From the NCBI GenBank assembly GCA_036499345.1, contig DASYDX010000248.1:8600-72599 (forward strand): a stretch of 64,000 nucleotides of DNA. The letters run 5' to 3'. The DNA comes from Rhizomicrobium sp. Its GTDB lineage: Bacteria; Pseudomonadota; Alphaproteobacteria; Micropepsales; Micropepsaceae. The notes under the pieces were generated by a model. That model had not been told where the DNA came from. It saw nothing but the letters and a program-made list of their open reading frames with translations, and did no database searches. Made by a program: the position numbers and the translations under genes. Positions 19,884 through 29,789 of the stretch are shown one piece after another (within the stretch, counting starts at the first letter, position 1; each line of letters opens with the position of its first letter).

Positions 19884-21184
19884 CAGCCGATCCTGCGCGC
19901 GATCTGGGATTGCCCCGCCACGGCAAGCGCCTGGGCGATGTCGGCGATGATATCGTCCTTGTGCTCGATGCCAATGGAAAGCCGGATCGTTTCGGGTGTG
20001 ATGCCAGCCTTTTTTTGCTCTTCGGGCGGCATCTGGCGATGGGTGGTGGAAGCCGGATGGCAGCACAATGATTTGGCATCGCCGATATTGACCAGCCGCT
20101 TGATCAGCTTGAGCGCGTCATGGAAATCCTTGCCCGCCTCGAAACCGCCCTTGACGCCAAACGTCAGAAGCGACGGGACGCGGCCATTCAGATATTTCTG
20201 CGCCAGCTTATGATAGGGGCTTTCGGGAAAGCCCGCATATTGCACCCACTCCACATTGGGATCGGCGCGCAGGAATTCGGCCACCGCACGCGCATTCTCG
20301 ACATGGCGCTCAACCCGCAGCGCCACGGTCTCGATGCCTTGCAGAAGCATGAAGGCGCTCATCGGCGACAGAATGGCGCCGGTGGCGCGCTGAAGCACGC
20401 TGCGAATGCGGCCGGTAAAGGCAGCGCGGCCATAATGATCGGCATAGACCAGACCGTGATAGGATTCATCGGGCCGGGTGAATTGCGGGAAACGTTCGGC
20501 ATGCGCCATCCAATCGAAGGTACCGCCATCCACCACGATACCGCCCATCGCCGTGCCATGGCCGCCCAGAAATTTCGTCAGAGAATGCACGACGATATCG
20601 GCGCCATGATCGAACGGCCGCTCCAGGATCGGCGTCGCCACGGTATTGTCCACGATCAGGGGCACGCCATGGGCATGCGCCACCTTGGCGATGGCCTCTA
20701 TGTCGCAGATATTGCCCGCGGGATTGCCGACGCTCTCGCAGAACAAGGCGCGGGTATTTTCATCGACCAGTGCTTCCATTTCCGCCGCCGTGCCATTGTC
20801 GGCAAAACGCCCGGTAATGTTCGAGCGCGGCAGCAAATGCGCCAGCAGCGTATGGGTCGTCCCGTACAATTGGGCGGTGGAAACGATATTCCCCCCGCCA
20901 TCCGCGACATTGGCGAAAGCGTAATGCAGCGCCGCCTGCCCCGATGCCGCGGCGATCGCCGCAACCCCGCCTTCAAGATCGGCAACGCGCTTCTCCAGAA
21001 CCGCGACCGTAGGATTGGATATGCGGCTATAGCGGTAGCCCGGCACTTCCAGGTTGAACAGCGCGGCGGCGTGATCGGCGCTGTCGAAAACGTAGGAAGC
21101 GGTCTGATAGATCGGAACCGCCACGGCCTTGGTGGCGGGATCGGCATCGAAGCCAGAATGAATCGCAATGGTTTCCGCGCGCAT
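19883..21184 (-). CDS. metY: O-acetylhomoserine aminocarboxypropyltransferase (MetY family)
   Basis: VPIYQTASY, YSRISNPT, PLP lysine in HSLTKFLGGHG, NIGDAKSL, HPASTTH. Confidence 0.88.
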   Translation of the reverse strand: MRAETIAIHSGFDADPATKAVAVPIYQTASYVFDSADHAAALFNLEVPGYRYSRISNPTVAVLEKRVADLEGGVAAIAAASGQAALHYAFANVADGGGNIVSTAQLYGTTHTLLAHLLPRSNITGRFADNGTAAEMEALVDENTRALFCESVGNPAGNICDIEAIAKVAHAHGVPLIVDNTVATPILERPFDHGADIVVHSLTKFLGGHGTAMGGIVVDGGTFDWMAHAERFPQFTRPDESYHGLVYADHYGRAAFTGRIRSVLQRATGAILSPMSAFMLLQGIETVALRVERHVENARAVAEFLRADPNVEWVQYAGFPESPYHKLAQKYLNGRVPSLLTFGVKGGFEAGKDFHDALKLIKRLVNIGDAKSLCCHPASTTHRQMPPEEQKKAGITPETIRLSIGIEHKDDIIADIAQALAVAGQSQIARRIG

Positions 21185-21321
21185 GACCCAAGCCCGTATT
21201 GAATGAGACAAGTCTAAGACACAGGTGTTTAACGAACCTTGCCGACAAGACCCCATCGCATTAACACGATGGCAGTGTGAGGCTGTTAATTTCACAGAAT
21301 TCCGTTTCGTTTCGAGACAAA

Positions 21322-23067
21322 ATGACGAACGCGTCACTCTCCCCACCGGACAAAAATTCCGGCTCCAAGGCCTGGCTGAGCGCGCTGGAAATGACCGCTG
21401 CCATCGGTGTGCAACCGGAGCGGGTCTATCCGCGCGTAATCGAAGAGCTTGGCGAGGCATTTGCAGGCGCCCCCGCTCTGCTCGGCACAAGCGAAAATTT
21501 CAGCCATGCCGATCTCGCCGCGCAGATGCGGCGTTATGCGCGCTGGGCGCTGACGCACGGCGTGCGCAAAGGCGATGTGGTGGCGCTGCTGATGCCAAAC
21601 CGCCCAGATTATTTCGCCATCTGGCTGGGCATCACGCGCATCGGCGGGGTCGTGGCACTGATCAATACCAATCTGTCCGGCCCGGCCTTGGCGCATTGCA
21701 TCGCGGTTGCCGCGCCCCGTCACATTATCGTCGCCGAAGCGCTGGCACCGATACTGCCGGATATAGGCTCCGCCGCCCCGATCTGGATTTATGATACGGC
21801 TTTCACCCAGGCCGTCGCGGATTTTCCTGGCGAGCCCCTCGCGGAAACAGAAGAGCGCAACGTCACCCTGAACGACCCCGCCCTGCTGATCTACACCTCC
21901 GGCACGACGGGCCTGCCCAAAGCGGCCCATGTCAGTCACCACCGGGTGATGATGTGGACGCACTGGTTTGCCGGGATGATGCAGGCGCAGCCCACCGACC
22001 GGCTTTATAATTGCCTGCCCATGTATCACTCGGTGGGCGGCGTGGTCGCATCGGGCGCCGTGTTGCTCAAAGGTGGCGCAGTCATTCTGAGAGAGAAATT
22101 CTCGGCCAGCGCCTTCTGGTGCGACGTCGCGGAAAGCGGCGCCACCATCTTCCAATATATCGGCGAGCTTTGCCGTTATCTGCTGAAATCGGGCGCCACC
22201 CCAGGAGCGCACAAGCTTCGCCTGGCCTGCGGCAATGGTCTTTCCGGCGAAATCTGGGAACGGTTCCAGCAGCGCTTCGCCATTCCCGCGATCCTGGAAT
22301 TCTATGCCGCCACCGAGGGCAATTTCTCGCTTTACAATGCGGACGGAAAGCCGGGCGCAATCGGACGCATCCCCGGCTTTCTCCGCCATCGCTTCGGGAT
22401 TGCGCTGGTCCGACGCGGCGAAGATGGCGAGCCGTTGCGCGGCGAAAACGGCTTCTGCCAGAAAGTGACCACCGGAGAACCCGGCGAGGCCATCGGCCGT
22501 ATCGCGGATGGCGCTTCGCGGTTCGAGGGCTATAGCGACGAAGCGGCGACGGCGAAAAAAATTCTGCGCAATGTCTTCGAAGCGGGCGATGCCTATGTCC
22601 GCACCGGCGATTTGATGCGACAGGACGCACAAGGCTTTTTCTATTTTGTCGACCGGCTGGGCGATACCTTTCGCTGGAAGGGCGAGAATGTCGCCACCAC
22701 CGAAGTGGCGGCAGCGCTGGCGCAATATCCCGGCATCATCGCGGCCAATGTCTATGGCGTGTCCGTGCCCGGTGCCGACGGCAAGGCCGGCATGGCGGCC
22801 CTGGAAACAGGGCCGGATTTTCAGATAGATGGCCTGAAAGCCCATCTGAAAGCACGTCTGCCCGGCTATGCCTGCCCGCTTTTCTTGCGGCTGGTCGAAA
22901 GCTTTGCCCTCACCGAAACCTTCAAGCCGAAAAAGACCAACCTGGCGGAAGAAGGATACGAACCGGCGGACGGGTCCGGCAGTCTTTATGCCGATCTTGG
23001 CGATGGCTATGTGCCGCTCGATGCAGCGCTTTATGAGCGGATCAAGTCCGGTCTCGTCCGCTTCTGA
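21322..23067 (+). CDS. Long-chain acyl-CoA synthetase (FATP/VLACS-like)
   Basis: IYTSGTTGLPK, FQYIGELCRY, YAATEGN, DRLGDTFRWKGENV motifs. Confidence 0.9.
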   Translation: MTNASLSPPDKNSGSKAWLSALEMTAAIGVQPERVYPRVIEELGEAFAGAPALLGTSENFSHADLAAQMRRYARWALTHGVRKGDVVALLMPNRPDYFAIWLGITRIGGVVALINTNLSGPALAHCIAVAAPRHIIVAEALAPILPDIGSAAPIWIYDTAFTQAVADFPGEPLAETEERNVTLNDPALLIYTSGTTGLPKAAHVSHHRVMMWTHWFAGMMQAQPTDRLYNCLPMYHSVGGVVASGAVLLKGGAVILREKFSASAFWCDVAESGATIFQYIGELCRYLLKSGATPGAHKLRLACGNGLSGEIWERFQQRFAIPAILEFYAATEGNFSLYNADGKPGAIGRIPGFLRHRFGIALVRRGEDGEPLRGENGFCQKVTTGEPGEAIGRIADGASRFEGYSDEAATAKKILRNVFEAGDAYVRTGDLMRQDAQGFFYFVDRLGDTFRWKGENVATTEVAAALAQYPGIIAANVYGVSVPGADGKAGMAALETGPDFQIDGLKAHLKARLPGYACPLFLRLVESFALTETFKPKKTNLAEEGYEPADGSGSLYADLGDGYVPLDAALYERIKSGLVRF

Positions 23068-24029
23068 CGGCGGCGCTCGACCGGTGGCGGCAATTGCGCC
23101 GCATAGCGGATTTCCGCGCCCATGATCTGCGCTGCCTGACGCGCATAGGGGATCATGCGTTGCATGCAGTAGAAAAAATGGATCATGCCGGGATGGTTGC
23201 GGCCATGCACGGCAATACCGACATCCGACAGCTTGGCCGCATAGGCCTCCCCTTCGTCTCCGAAAGGATCGAATTGCGCGGTATGGATATAGGCGGGCGG
23301 AAGCCCCGTACAATCGCTCGCCAGAAGCGGTGACAAACGTGAATCCGAAAGATCGGCGCCGGAACAATAAAGCTCCAGGTCACGCGCGAGCGTTTCCGCG
23401 TCCAGAAAATAGCCATCGCGCAATTCGGTTCGGGCTGCCGATTCACGCGCCACATCCAGGATGGGGCAGATCAAAAATTGGAACGCGATCTTGGGACCGT
23501 TCCGATCCCGCGCCTCCCGGCACAGCGCCGCCGCCAATCCGCCACCCGCAGAATCTCCCGCTACGCCCAAACAATCGGGATCGATGCCGAACTCCCGCGG
23601 ATTCGCCGCGACATGGGACAGCGCCGCAAACGCATCATCCAAGGCCGCTGGAAAAGCATGCTCGGGCGCCAGGCGGTAATTCACCGCGATAATCCGGCAG
23701 CCGCTTTCATTGCAGAGGCGTCGGCAGAGTCCGTCATGGGTCTCTAGATTTCCCGCCACCCAGCCGCCACCATGAAAAAAGAGAAGTCCGGGCAGGAGAC
23801 GTTCGGGCTTGCCGAGCGGCGAATATGTCCGAAGCGTAATGATTCCGTCATTTACGTCGAGCGGCTGATCGCGCACACCGCCGATGGTTTCCATACCGGG
23901 TGGATCGACCAGATCGACCAGATCGGCCAAAGCGCGCCTGCGCTCGATTACATCGCCATAGCGCCCACGGGTCTGCCCGGCAGCAGCCAGCATCTCCAGA
24001 AAACGGCGCGCGTGACGGTCGAGCGGCAT
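23031..24029 (-). CDS. Alpha/beta hydrolase (HSL-family esterase)
   Basis: HGGG, YRLAPEH, GDSAG, terminal H in GMIHFF. Confidence 0.9.
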   Translation of the reverse strand: MPLDRHARRFLEMLAAAGQTRGRYGDVIERRRALADLVDLVDPPGMETIGGVRDQPLDVNDGIITLRTYSPLGKPERLLPGLLFFHGGGWVAGNLETHDGLCRRLCNESGCRIIAVNYRLAPEHAFPAALDDAFAALSHVAANPREFGIDPDCLGVAGDSAGGGLAAALCREARDRNGPKIAFQFLICPILDVARESAARTELRDGYFLDAETLARDLELYCSGADLSDSRLSPLLASDCTGLPPAYIHTAQFDPFGDEGEAYAAKLSDVGIAVHGRNHPGMIHFFYCMQRMIPYARQAAQIMGAEIRYAAQLPPPVERRRQKRTRPDLIRS

Positions 24030-24042
24030 CGCAGCCTGTCTT

Positions 24043-24291
24043 TCACATCAGCGAAGAAAAATGGGAAACCAGGGCGACCATCGCGGCAATCGTGTCAAAA
24101 TTCTCCGGTGTCATAGCCGCTTGCGGGATTTCAATGTCAAATTCCCCCTCGACGGCAAGGATCAGATTTACCATGTCGAGCGAGGTCAATCCCGCCTCGC
24201 GCAGATTGGTATCGGGTGCCGGAAAACTGGTACTCCCGCGCTTGGCAAGCATCTGGACCGCAATAGCCGCGATCCGTTCTAAAGCCGACAT
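24043..24291 (-). CDS. Carrier protein (phosphopantetheine-binding), probable partner of the aa:CP ligase
   Basis: GLTSLDMV Ppant serine motif; 82 aa. Confidence 0.85.
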   Translation of the reverse strand: MSALERIAAIAVQMLAKRGSTSFPAPDTNLREAGLTSLDMVNLILAVEGEFDIEIPQAAMTPENFDTIAAMVALVSHFSSLM

Positions 24292-24437
24292 AACAAACCC
24301 CCAAAGCGCGGTGCGCCTTACGAACCGACCGTAAAGCTATGATTCCGCGTTAACGCTGCGCCCATTTTAGCAGTGCAGTTTCATCGTTGTTTCAGTATTT
24401 CCCAATATGGTTGATCCACCGGCCGCCTAGGATTTCC

Positions 24438-25625
24438 ATGCTGAACACGCTCTCGCAACCCCGTATGCAAATCGAACCCTTGACCGAACGGATGGAGAGA
24501 GCAGCCGCCATCGCGGCCGCTCATGCCGGCGCGGTGGATGCGGAGGCGCGCTTCCCGTTGGAAGCCATCACCGCCCTGAAAGCCGAAGGTCTGCTGGGTA
24601 TCATGGTGCCGGCCGCGCTGGGCGGTGAAGAGAAAAACGTCAGCGAGGTTGTGGACGTTTGCTACCGGCTTGGCCGCGCCTGCTCCTCCACCGCCATGAT
24701 CTACGCGATGCATCAGGTGAAGGCCGCCTGTGTCGTGCATCACGGTATGGACAGCGCCTGGCATCGCGACTTCATGGTGCGGATGGTGTCCGAGCAATTG
24801 CTGCTGGCCTCCTCCACCACCGAAGGCGGCGGTGGCGGCAATGTGCGCTCGTCCGAAGCGCCCGTGGAACGGAGCGGCGACGCAATCCAGCTCTTACGCA
24901 ATGCCAGCGTGATCTCTTATGGCGCCCAGGCCGATGCCATCGTTTCCACGGCGCGCCGCGCGGCGGATGCGGACAGCTCCGACCAGGTTCTGGTCGTGCT
25001 CGAAAAGAAAGATTATGTGCTGGAAAAAACCGGCGGTTGGGACACGCTGGGAATGCGCGGCACTTGCAGCGCCGGCTTCTCGCTCAAGGCCGAAGGTCAT
25101 GTGGACCAGATCATGCCGGTACCCTATGGCATGATCCATACCCAAAGCATGGTGCCGACCTCGCATCTGATGTGGTCCGGCGTCTGGTGCGGCGTGTCGG
25201 CAGGTGCGGTGGAACGGGCCCGCAAATTCATGCGCAAAGCCGCGCGCGCGGGCGGCGACCTCCCGCCGGGCATGCCGCATTTCGTGAAATCCTTGGCCGC
25301 GCTGCGCTCGCTGCGCGCCCTGATCGCCCAATCCCTGGCGCGCTACGAAAACGCGGCGCATGATCCCAAAGCATTGAGCACGGTGGATTTTCAGACCGCG
25401 ATCAACCTTTTGAAAGTCGATGCCTCGGAATTGGCGGTGGAAACCGTGATGGCCGCGATGCGGGCGACGGGTCTTACCGGCTATCGCAACGATACCGACA
25501 TTTCTACGGGCCGAGCGCTGCGCGATATCCTGTCCGCGCCGATCATGATCAACAATGACCGCATCCTGTCGAGCCTGTCTTCCTCGACCCTTCTCTCCGA
25601 TATCCCTTCCTCCATTCGCGATTGA
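24438..25625 (+). CDS. Acyl-CoA dehydrogenase family protein (atypical)
   Basis: DAEARFP, STAMIYAMH, WDTLGMRGTCS; C-terminus ILSAPIMINND. Confidence 0.85.
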   Translation: MLNTLSQPRMQIEPLTERMERAAAIAAAHAGAVDAEARFPLEAITALKAEGLLGIMVPAALGGEEKNVSEVVDVCYRLGRACSSTAMIYAMHQVKAACVVHHGMDSAWHRDFMVRMVSEQLLLASSTTEGGGGGNVRSSEAPVERSGDAIQLLRNASVISYGAQADAIVSTARRAADADSSDQVLVVLEKKDYVLEKTGGWDTLGMRGTCSAGFSLKAEGHVDQIMPVPYGMIHTQSMVPTSHLMWSGVWCGVSAGAVERARKFMRKAARAGGDLPPGMPHFVKSLAALRSLRALIAQSLARYENAAHDPKALSTVDFQTAINLLKVDASELAVETVMAAMRATGLTGYRNDTDISTGRALRDILSAPIMINNDRILSSLSSSTLLSDIPSSIRD

Positions 25626-25628
25626 ACC

Positions 25629-26564
25629 ATGAGCCTCGCCAACTCCGCCCCGACTTGCGGGCATCATCATGATGACGGACATCTGGAAGGGCTGGCGGCA
25701 CATCTGTTCCAACCTTCGGGCGTCGACGGGGTCTATGGCCGCACCGGCGCTTATGAAAGCGTGGTGGAGGCCTTGGCCGCGCTGATCACGCGCCATCGTC
25801 CGGCGCGCGCCGAAGTCTTTCGCTTCCCCCCGGTGATGAGCCGCGCGTCTCTGGAAAAGCAGGGCTATCTGCATAGCTTCCCCAATCTGGTCGGCGCTGT
25901 CGCTTGCCTGGAAGGAAGCGAACGCCAGATCATGGCGTCTGCCGCCAAGGATGAAGCCGGAGGCAGCTGGACCGAGGACCTCAAGCCGTCTGACCTCGTT
26001 CTATCTCCGGCAGCCTGCTATCCGATCTATCCCATCGCCGCGGCGCGGGGCGTGGTGCCGGACGAAGGCTATATCTTCGATGTCGCCAGCGATTGCTTTC
26101 GTCATGAGCCGTCAAAAAGCCTGGACCGTTTTCAGACTTTCCGGATGCGCGAATATGTCTGTATCGGCACGCCGGACCAGATTCAGGAATTCCGCCAGCC
26201 CTGGATTGCCCGTGCGCAGGAAATCGCCGACTCCATCGGGCTTCGCTACAAGGTGGATGTCGCCAATGATCCCTTCTTCGGCCGCGTCGGTGCGATCATG
26301 GCGGCCAGCCAATTGCAGCAGGCGCTGAAGTTCGAACTTCTGGTGCCGGTCCTGTCGGCGGAAAAGCCTACCGCCTGCATGAGCTTCAATTATCACCTGG
26401 AGCATTTCGGCGAAGTCTGGGGCCTGCACAACCGGCAAGGCGAAGTGCTGCACACCGGCTGCGTCGCCTTCGGTATGGATCGCCTGGCAGTGGCGCTGTT
26501 CGTCCTGCACGGCCCGAAAATGCAGGACTGGCCGCACAGCGTGCGCGAGACGCTGGCGCTTTAA
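25629..26564 (+). CDS. Amino acid--[acyl-carrier-protein] ligase (class II SerRS homologue)
   Basis: LSPAACYPIY, CFRHEPS, FRMREYV, ANDPFFGR, HTGCVAFGMDR (Zn ligands C/E/C); no tRNA-binding domain. Confidence 0.9.
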   Translation: MSLANSAPTCGHHHDDGHLEGLAAHLFQPSGVDGVYGRTGAYESVVEALAALITRHRPARAEVFRFPPVMSRASLEKQGYLHSFPNLVGAVACLEGSERQIMASAAKDEAGGSWTEDLKPSDLVLSPAACYPIYPIAAARGVVPDEGYIFDVASDCFRHEPSKSLDRFQTFRMREYVCIGTPDQIQEFRQPWIARAQEIADSIGLRYKVDVANDPFFGRVGAIMAASQLQQALKFELLVPVLSAEKPTACMSFNYHLEHFGEVWGLHNRQGEVLHTGCVAFGMDRLAVALFVLHGPKMQDWPHSVRETLAL

Positions 26565-27286
26565 GCCGTGTTGCCCGCATCCACCGTGATGGTGGTGCCG
26601 GTGATGTTTTTCGCGGCGTCGCTCATCAGATAGCTCACCGCATTCGCGACATCTTCGGGCTCTGCCAATCGCTTGAGCGCACTGCGGGTCCCGATTTTGG
26701 CGCGCTGCTCGTCAGTCATGCCTGCCGTCATCTCGGTCGCGATAAAGCCGGGGGCAACCGCGTTCACGGTGACGCCAAGGCGCCCCACTTCCCGCGCCAG
26801 GCTGCGCGTAAAGCCCAGCATCGAAGCCTTGGTGGCGCCATAAACGCTGAGGCCGCTATAGCCGGTAAAACCGATGATGGAGGCGATATTCACAATCCGC
26901 CCCTGGCCCGTCGTCATCATCCCGCGCACGGCATATTTGGTGAGCAGGATGGGCGACAGCGTGTTGAGCCGGATCAAATTTTCGATATCGGATCTGTGCA
27001 TGTTCGAGAGCAGGCCCTCGCTCCCAACCGCGGCATTGTTCACCAGCCCGAACAGAGGCCCGTGTTCGGCTTTCAGTTCCCGGATCAGTTCGGAAATGCC
27101 GTCGATTTGCGACAGATCAAAGGGGACGAAATTTACCGCACCCGAGGGGGCTGCGGCGATGGCCGCATCCAGTTCAGCGGTAGACCGGCGGGAAAGCGCG
27201 AAGACCTTATAGCCATCGGTGGCAAGCTTGCGGACGATGGCAAGACCGATGCCGCGCGATCCGCCTGTGACGAGTATGTTACGCAT
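26561..27286 (-). CDS. SDR oxidoreductase, FabG-like
   Basis: TGGSRGIG, NNAA, YGATK, NAVAPGFI. Confidence 0.9.
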   Translation of the reverse strand: MRNILVTGGSRGIGLAIVRKLATDGYKVFALSRRSTAELDAAIAAAPSGAVNFVPFDLSQIDGISELIRELKAEHGPLFGLVNNAAVGSEGLLSNMHRSDIENLIRLNTLSPILLTKYAVRGMMTTGQGRIVNIASIIGFTGYSGLSVYGATKASMLGFTRSLAREVGRLGVTVNAVAPGFIATEMTAGMTDEQRAKIGTRSALKRLAEPEDVANAVSYLMSDAAKNITGTTITVDAGNTA

Positions 27287-28622
27287 GGCGCACCAATTTC
27301 CCCCCCGCACTCAATTCCAGCTTCGCGACCGGCCGCACCATGGCGGGAACCTGGAACGGCTTCAGATTGGCACGGCAAAGACGCAGGATTTCTTCTTTTG
27401 CCTCTTCCGGGTTCTGCCCATCCACCAACACGATCTCGGCCACGACAATGGCGCCGGTGATAGGGCTTTTGCGGCCCGAGACCCGCGACTGGCGCACGGC
27501 AGGATGGCGGTTGATCACGGCTTCGACTTCCTCGGGATGAATCTTCAATCCGCCGACATTGATGATGCCGCCACGCCGGCCCGCGAAATAATAACGGTCG
27601 CCGCGCAACTCGACCATATCGCCGGTATCGACGAAGCCTTCTTCGCCCAACCGGTCGGTGCTGCCGACAAAACCCGACGCAATACGCGATGAGCGGATCT
27701 GCAAAGAGCCGTCCACCACCCGCATTTCCACCGGCCCGGTGCCGCCGACGAAAGAGTCCGGAAAGCCCTCGCGCCCGTCCGTCACTTCGAATCCCACCCC
27801 AGCCTCCGTCGAAGCATAGGCATGGCCCATCGCAGCATCGGGGAACCGGGCTTTGAGACTATCCAGCACAGCCTGATCGGCGATTTCGCCAGATAGGCGC
27901 ACATAGCGCGGCGCGATTTGGGCCATGGCCGGGCTCATCAGCGCACGGCGCCAATGCGATGGCGTTCCGGTCAGATGGGTCACGCCATCCCGGCCCAGAC
28001 GTTCCAGAAACTCCGCGGCACTCTCCGCAGTGTCCGACAGGATCAGCGAAGCCCCGCCCAGCACCGCGCGCAGGAATATCTGCAGGCCGCCATAGCGGCG
28101 TATGTCATAAAAGGTGCCCCAGATGATTTTATCGTCCGTCGGCCGGATGGCGCCGGTGAGCGCCTTCAGCGTGTGGCCCACCATCTTGGGCGCGCCGGTG
28201 GTGCCGGAGGTGAACATCACCCATTCGGTTTCCACCCCACCACTCTCAAGCGGAGCGCCGGAACCCGCCGGAACATCGCGGGATACCAAAACCCGGCGCA
28301 ATTCCGAGCCGGCTTCATCTTCGCCGACCAGCGTGTCGATTTCCGCCCGGCGGATCACATCGGCGAGGAAGTCCGGTTTGAGATCCGGCGGCGCGATCAC
28401 GATGCGAGCCGCGATACCGTCCAGAGCGATCAGGGCCAGTCCGGCCTCAAGCTGATCCGCGGTGCGAAGCAAGACATGAGCCCCCTTCAGCGACAGGGGG
28501 TCGACCGAAAGCGGATTGCCGGCAATAAGCCGCTCGAACGGCACGGTATGGCCACGCGCGGCAAGAACGCCTGCGCCACCAGGCTTCAGCCACCCGCGCA
28601 GATCAGGCGGCGGCGTTTTCAT
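27279..28622 (-). CDS. AMP-binding acyl-CoA/acyl-ACP ligase with short N-terminus
   Basis: FTSGTTGAPK, YASTE, TGD, GGLKIHPEEVE, terminal GKL. Confidence 0.85.
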   Translation of the reverse strand: MKTPPPDLRGWLKPGGAGVLAARGHTVPFERLIAGNPLSVDPLSLKGAHVLLRTADQLEAGLALIALDGIAARIVIAPPDLKPDFLADVIRRAEIDTLVGEDEAGSELRRVLVSRDVPAGSGAPLESGGVETEWVMFTSGTTGAPKMVGHTLKALTGAIRPTDDKIIWGTFYDIRRYGGLQIFLRAVLGGASLILSDTAESAAEFLERLGRDGVTHLTGTPSHWRRALMSPAMAQIAPRYVRLSGEIADQAVLDSLKARFPDAAMGHAYASTEAGVGFEVTDGREGFPDSFVGGTGPVEMRVVDGSLQIRSSRIASGFVGSTDRLGEEGFVDTGDMVELRGDRYYFAGRRGGIINVGGLKIHPEEVEAVINRHPAVRQSRVSGRKSPITGAIVVAEIVLVDGQNPEEAKEEILRLCRANLKPFQVPAMVRPVAKLELSAGGKLVRHA

Positions 28623-28848
28623 AGAATTTCACGAACTCGCCCAATGTGACAGGAAAGTAAACATCTTCCGATGCCGTGAAGGGGTCCACACCCAGAGTGT
28701 CTTCCAGTCTTGCCACCACGATCGCAAAGCAGAGCGAATCCAGACCGCAATCCAACAGGACCAGATCGTCACGCAGAGGGGCCAATTGCTTTTCCTGCTC
28801 GCGGGCGACTTGCGCGAATTCGGCGTAGATTTTTTCCTGGATGGACAT
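28603..28848 (-). CDS. Acyl carrier protein
   Basis: GLDSL Ppant motif, LEDTLGVDPF; 81 aa; overlaps the ligase start. Confidence 0.88.
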   Translation of the reverse strand: MSIQEKIYAEFAQVAREQEKQLAPLRDDLVLLDCGLDSLCFAIVVARLEDTLGVDPFTASEDVYFPVTLGEFVKFYENAAA

Positions 28849-28946
28849 GTCGAATGCCTGGATTATGCCAACCCAGAGTAGCTGTGGAACTTTAACGTTC
28901 CGCTAATGCGAAATGCGCGATAAGGCCCTGTCTGGAAGGGATTTTC

Positions 28947-29789
28947 ATGCCCCCGCCCACCGAAACTTCTACCGCGCCGCGTGTGCGTTGCCGTCAGATC
29001 GCGGAAAGCGACCTGGACAGGCTTGCCGCCATGTTCATGATCGGCTTTCCCCACCACACCCGCGATTTCTGGGACAAGGGCCTGGCGCAGGTGGCCGCGT
29101 TGCCGCCCGTCGAAGGGCTGGCCCCCATCGGCTATGCGTTGGAAGCGGATGGAACGATTGTGGGCGCGTTGCTCACCATCTCGTCGCGCCGGGGCGACAC
29201 CATCATCAGCAATGTTTCGGCCTGGTATGTGGAGCCGGAATTTCGCACCCATTCCACGCTGCTGACCGCGATGGCGACCAAGCACAAGCATGTCACCTAT
29301 CTGAACACATCGCCCGCCGATCATACCGTCAAGACCTTGGCGCCGTTGGGTTGGAAGCCGTGCAATTTCGGACGCAGTATCACCGTGCCGGCACTGAGCC
29401 TCAGCGGCGGTGCCGTCAGCCGGAAAATCCCCGCAGATCTTCCCGAACGCAAGCTGCTGGAAGATCATCGCGCCTGGGGGCTTATCAGTTTGGTCTGCAA
29501 GAAGGACGGGCAGATTTCGCCCTTCGTGTTCCGGCGCCGCGCCTTCACCAAGCTTCATTTGCCGATCATGGAATTGATGTATTGCCGGTCGACCGCAGAT
29601 TTCGAACGTTGTGCCGGTGCGCTTGGCCGCCATTTCCTGTTGCGCGGCGCGCTTGGCGTCCTGCTGGACGGAAAAGTCAGCGGCATTGTTTCACGATATA
29701 TGGATGGCCGGGACCCGCGCCTCTATAAGGGCCCTCGCCCACCCGCCCCGAATGATTTCGCGTATACGGAAAAAGTGTTCTTCGCATGA
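28947..29789 (+). CDS. Hypothetical protein with GNAT-like N-terminal region
   Basis: IVGALL...NVSAWYVEPEFR resembles GNAT motif A; ATGA-coupled to the TPP enzyme. Confidence 0.6.
   Translation: MPPPTETSTAPRVRCRQIAESDLDRLAAMFMIGFPHHTRDFWDKGLAQVAALPPVEGLAPIGYALEADGTIVGALLTISSRRGDTIISNVSAWYVEPEFRTHSTLLTAMATKHKHVTYLNTSPADHTVKTLAPLGWKPCNFGRSITVPALSLSGGAVSRKIPADLPERKLLEDHRAWGLISLVCKKDGQISPFVFRRRAFTKLHLPIMELMYCRSTADFERCAGALGRHFLLRGALGVLLDGKVSGIVSRYMDGRDPRLYKGPRPPAPNDFAYTEKVFFA

Noticed and set aside
21185-21321. SAM riboswitch upstream of metY
   Set aside because: No SAM-II/SAM-alpha consensus recognised; only a 6-bp hairpin CCATCG/CGATGG.
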